Source of the DNA: Azolla caroliniana | Taxonomy: Eukaryota; Plantae; Polypodiophyta | Assembly (NCBI GenBank): GCA_043228905.1 | Contig: JBHGNT010000012.1 | Location: 3,162,001 to 3,226,000 of the forward strand | Direction of reading: 5' to 3' | DNA length: 64,000 nt | Shown here: positions 60,468 through 64,000 of the stretch, piece after piece | How positions within the stretch are numbered: position 1 is the stretch's first letter | Layout of the letters: each line of letters starts with the position of its first letter | Position numbers and translations under genes: made by a program | Notes under the pieces: model-generated | Told to the model about the DNA's origin: nothing | The model's input: the letters and a program-made list of their open reading frames with translations, nothing else | Databases searched by the model: none

Positions 60468-63400
60468 TTATAACATGGTCGTGTCAAGAGTTCGAATCTT
60501 GACATTATCCCCCCTCTTACGCCGCCGCCTTCCCAAATCGGCCGCTGGTTTGTGGGGATATCGGTGATGAAAATCTTGGACGACCTCTGGGGCATTTTGT
60601 AAATTTGCCGATGGTTCCCATGTGGCCTCAGACATGGGGTAACCCCTCCATAGGACGAGGTATTGCAAGTGTCGATGGTGCCAACGCGAGTCAAGGATTT
60701 GGTCGACCTCGTATTCCTCCCCTGTCGTCAATTGCACAGGTGGTGGTGGTGGGGCTTGACGTCCTGGGAGTTGTGAAGCATAATGGGGTTCGAGGAGGGA
60801 GACATGAAAAACATCGTGAATCCGGAAGTGGGATGGAAGGGCGAACCGGAAGGCGACGGGATTGATGCACTCGATGATACGGAATGGTCCTAACTTCTTG
60901 TAATCAAGTTTCGCACATGGACGAGTAGTAGAGATGTGTCGACGTAACAACCAGACCATGTCTCCAACGACAAAGTGTGGAGTGGAAGATCGATGGCGAT
61001 CAGCCTACTTCTTGTATCGTTCATTAGTAAGACTAAGCTCCAAGGATAAATCATGATGTACTTCTTCCAAAATGCGGGCACGATCCTCCGCCGAAGGGTT
61101 CACGGAAGTGGTAGGAAGGGAAATGTTGAAGCGAGGATGTAAACCGTAGTTGGCAAAGAAGGGAGTGACGCCAGTCGATGCATGGAGAGAATTTTGCGAG
61201 CGAAAGTAAGTTGACCCAATTATCTTGTTGGTAACTAACCGAGCATCGAAGATACTGCTCAAGGATTTGGTTGACACGCTCCGTTTGCCCGTCAGTTTGG
61301 GGGTGATAAGCGGAGGACAACTTGACAGAGATGCCTAGAGTTTGTAGCAGGCGCTGCCAGAAGTGAGAGACAAACTGGGGTCCGCGATCCGAGATGACAT
61401 CATCGGGGAGTCCATGCAAGCGTACTACATTGTTGAGTAGGAGATGCACCATTCCTTCTCCGGAAATGGTTTTGGAGCATGGAGTGAAGTGAGCCATCTT
61501 TGTAAACCGATCGACAACGATCAACACCGAGTCATAGCTATTGACCAAGGGTAGATCAGTTATCAGGTCCATAGAGATAGAGGCCCAAGGACGACGAGGA
61601 CATGGAAGCGGCTGTAGTAAGCCGTATGGCCAATGATGAATGGCTTTGGAGCGAGCACAAACCTCACAACTCTTTATGTATTCTTTGACCAACTTCCATG
61701 GTTGTGGCCACCAATACCCCCGAGAGATTAGCTCGAGGGTTTTCGCGACCCCGAAATGACCTGCAAGTGGGTCATCGTGGCATTCCCGCAACACCCGGGT
61801 GCGACATGGGCCCTCTGGGACGTATAAGAGATGATCTCGGAACAACAAACCCTCTTGTATGGTGAAGGTGTCAAGATCCTTCCTTTTGGTCGCCTTGGAG
61901 GGGTTTTGCAAACTATCTTGAATCTCGTTGGCGAACGCATCGGTCTTGGATGCATCAGTGATTTGTTGGAGTAAAGAATCATCCTGCAACATACAAGTGG
62001 CAAACAGATGCAATTGGTCGGGTTTCAACAAACATCTAGATTGTTGAGCATAAGCAGCATCCCCAGGGCGGAGTGCAAGGTCAACTCGGCGAGAAAGGGC
62101 ATCAGCCTTCCCATGTTGGCCACCAGGTCGAAATACGATCTCAAAATCGTAGTCGGGGAGAAATGTAGACCAACGGGCCTGCCTTCGATTCAAAGTACGA
62201 GTGGTGGAAAAATAAACTAAATTTTTATGATCAGTCACTACCTGGACACGATGTTGTGCGCCGGCCAAGTAGGGTCGCCATTCTTCAAAGGCAGCAATGA
62301 TAGCAGCAAGCTCCTTGTCGTAAATGGGATAATTGATTTCAGATGCCGTAAATTTTCGGGAATAGTAAGCCACTGGGTGCATTAGGTTGTTGTCGTCTGC
62401 TTGGGATAAGATGGCGCCAATGGCAAAGTCAGAGGCATCGGTTTCGACTTGGAAGGGTTTTGTGGGGTCGGCATGTAGCAACACCGGGGCAGTGATGAAT
62501 GCGTGTTTGAGTGAGTCGAACGCATTTTGTGCCTTCGAGGTCCATAAAAATGGAGTGCCTTTATGGGTGAGAGCGATAAGAGGTTGTGCTAGGGTGGAAA
62601 ACCCCTTGATGAAGCGACGGTAAAAATTCGCGAAGCCGAGGAAGGATTGCACATCTTTAAGTCGCCTTGGAGTCGCCCACGCCTGAATGACAGAGACCTT
62701 CTTCATATCCATGGTGATGCCAGTGGGCGAGATGATGTAGCCCAGAAATTCGATCGAGGTACGGTCGAACTCGCATTTCTCGCCTTTGGCATAAAGGCCA
62801 TGCTCACGAAGTTTGGCCAGAACTAATCGGACTTGGCGAGTGTGCTCCTCCATGTTTGGCGAGAAAATGAGAATATCATCGAGGTAAATGACAACAAAAA
62901 GATCAAGATATTCCCGGAAAATATCGTTCATCATATGTTGAAAAATTGTGGGAGCGTTAGTAAGACCAAAAGGCATTACCTTGTATTCGAAATGCCCATA
63001 CCGTGTTCGAAATGCGGTTTTCCATTCATCCCCCGGCTTGATGCGTACTAGATTGTACGCGCCACGCAGATCAACTTTGGAGAAGACACGCGCAACTCGG
63101 AGCCGATCAAGGAGTTCGGGGATCAGAGGTGGCGGATAGCGGTTGCGCACAGTGAGTTTGTTGAGACCTCGGTAGTCGACGCATAAGCGTAGAGAGCCGT
63201 CCTTCTTCTTCACAAATAAAATGGGGGCCCCGGCTGGTGACTTAGAAGGTTGAATAAAGCCTTTCTTGAGGTTCTCATCAAGATACACACGAAGGGCCTT
63301 CAACTCTGGTGCAGACAACGCATATAGAGGACCAAAGGGTGGACACGCACCTTCTTGAAGATCAATCGGACAGTCGTAGAGCCGGTGTTCAGGCAACCGA

Positions 63401-63936
63401 TCAGCATTACATTTTTCAAATACATCGGAGAAGTGTAGGTATTTTTCAGGAATAACATGGAGTGTGTTAGAAATGGTGCCACAAACAAACCCATCCTGGA
63501 CGGATGATGGGGTAGTCAATTCGGAGTCGACCGTCTCCGAAGGATAGGAAACTGAATTTACCTTCATACTTTTGCACGAGCATCTTGGCTTGCTAAATGT
63601 GATCGAGCGGTTGCACCAATCCACTATTGGATTGTGCGCCTCCAACCACGTTAGTCCTAAGACAATCGGATGTCGAGGAGATGCGATGAGGTAAAAGGTG
63701 AGCTCCTCTTGGTGTGAGCCCACCCGAAGCCCTAATGGGATTGTAGCTTGAGTAATTGCACCTGACGAGAGGACGCACCCGTCGATGGCTTCAACTGGAA
63801 TGGGTTTTGAGAGGCCAACGACAGGTACGCCATGTGCTTGGGCAAACGCGACGTCGATGAAGCAAGAAGATGCCCCAGAATCAAGTAAAGCAACAGACTG
63901 AATGGAACTAGAGTTAAACGAAAGCCATACCTCCAA
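60468..63936 (-). pseudogene. Gypsy pol (PR-RT-RH-INT-chromodomain), with frameshifts near the 3' end
   Basis: 961-aa ORF with LDSGAS, YLDD, ETDASD and SDRGPQF. The downstream frame holds GPF and the chromodomain EEYEVDQILDSR...YLVLWRGY...TWEP. Confidence 0.92.
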
Positions 63937-64000
63937 TGTGAAATTGCCTGATGGTCCGGCAATGGAACCAAGAGAATGTGGGCGACGGGAGATGTCCAGT

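Larger units (their letters stand above)
47169..64000 (-). mobile_element. Tcn1-like chromovirus (3' part); its 3' LTR is split by the DNA transposon
   Basis: 3' LTR = 60306-60504 plus 47169-47322, with TG...CA ends. PPT immediately above 60504. The element runs off the window end. Confidence 0.92.

Overview
Eukaryotic plant genomic DNA, most likely a non-seed plant such as a fern or lycophyte (inferred from the Tcn1-type chromoviruses and the Sola-type transposase). The first 22 kb holds two host genes: a 4-coding-exon RING-H2 E3 ligase (3001-5014) and an intronless PGG-domain membrane protein without ankyrin repeats (19507-20562). It also holds a decayed copy of the RING exon, a hAT MITE, a decayed copia and a very young intact copia (12441-17667) with apparently identical TG...TA LTRs. 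From 22.5 kb onward the window is a deeply nested retrotransposon cluster, and most boundaries can be fixed by target-site duplications (TSDs). The most striking element is a 12,979-bp DNA transposon (47323-60301; 27-bp TIRs, ACCT TSD, Sola2-type DDD transposase). It carries a second intact, spliced gene of about 952 aa (CDK-site-rich N-terminus, coiled coil, RING-H2, acidic tail) and several AGTAC-rich tandem arrays, an architecture reminiscent of the VANDAL/VANC anti-silencing systems. Three Tcn1-like elements show Tf1-style self-priming geometry directly and a fourth is predicted to. Their LTRs also carry outward-facing tRNA-like Pol III boxes. All calls were made by eye; no database searches were run.
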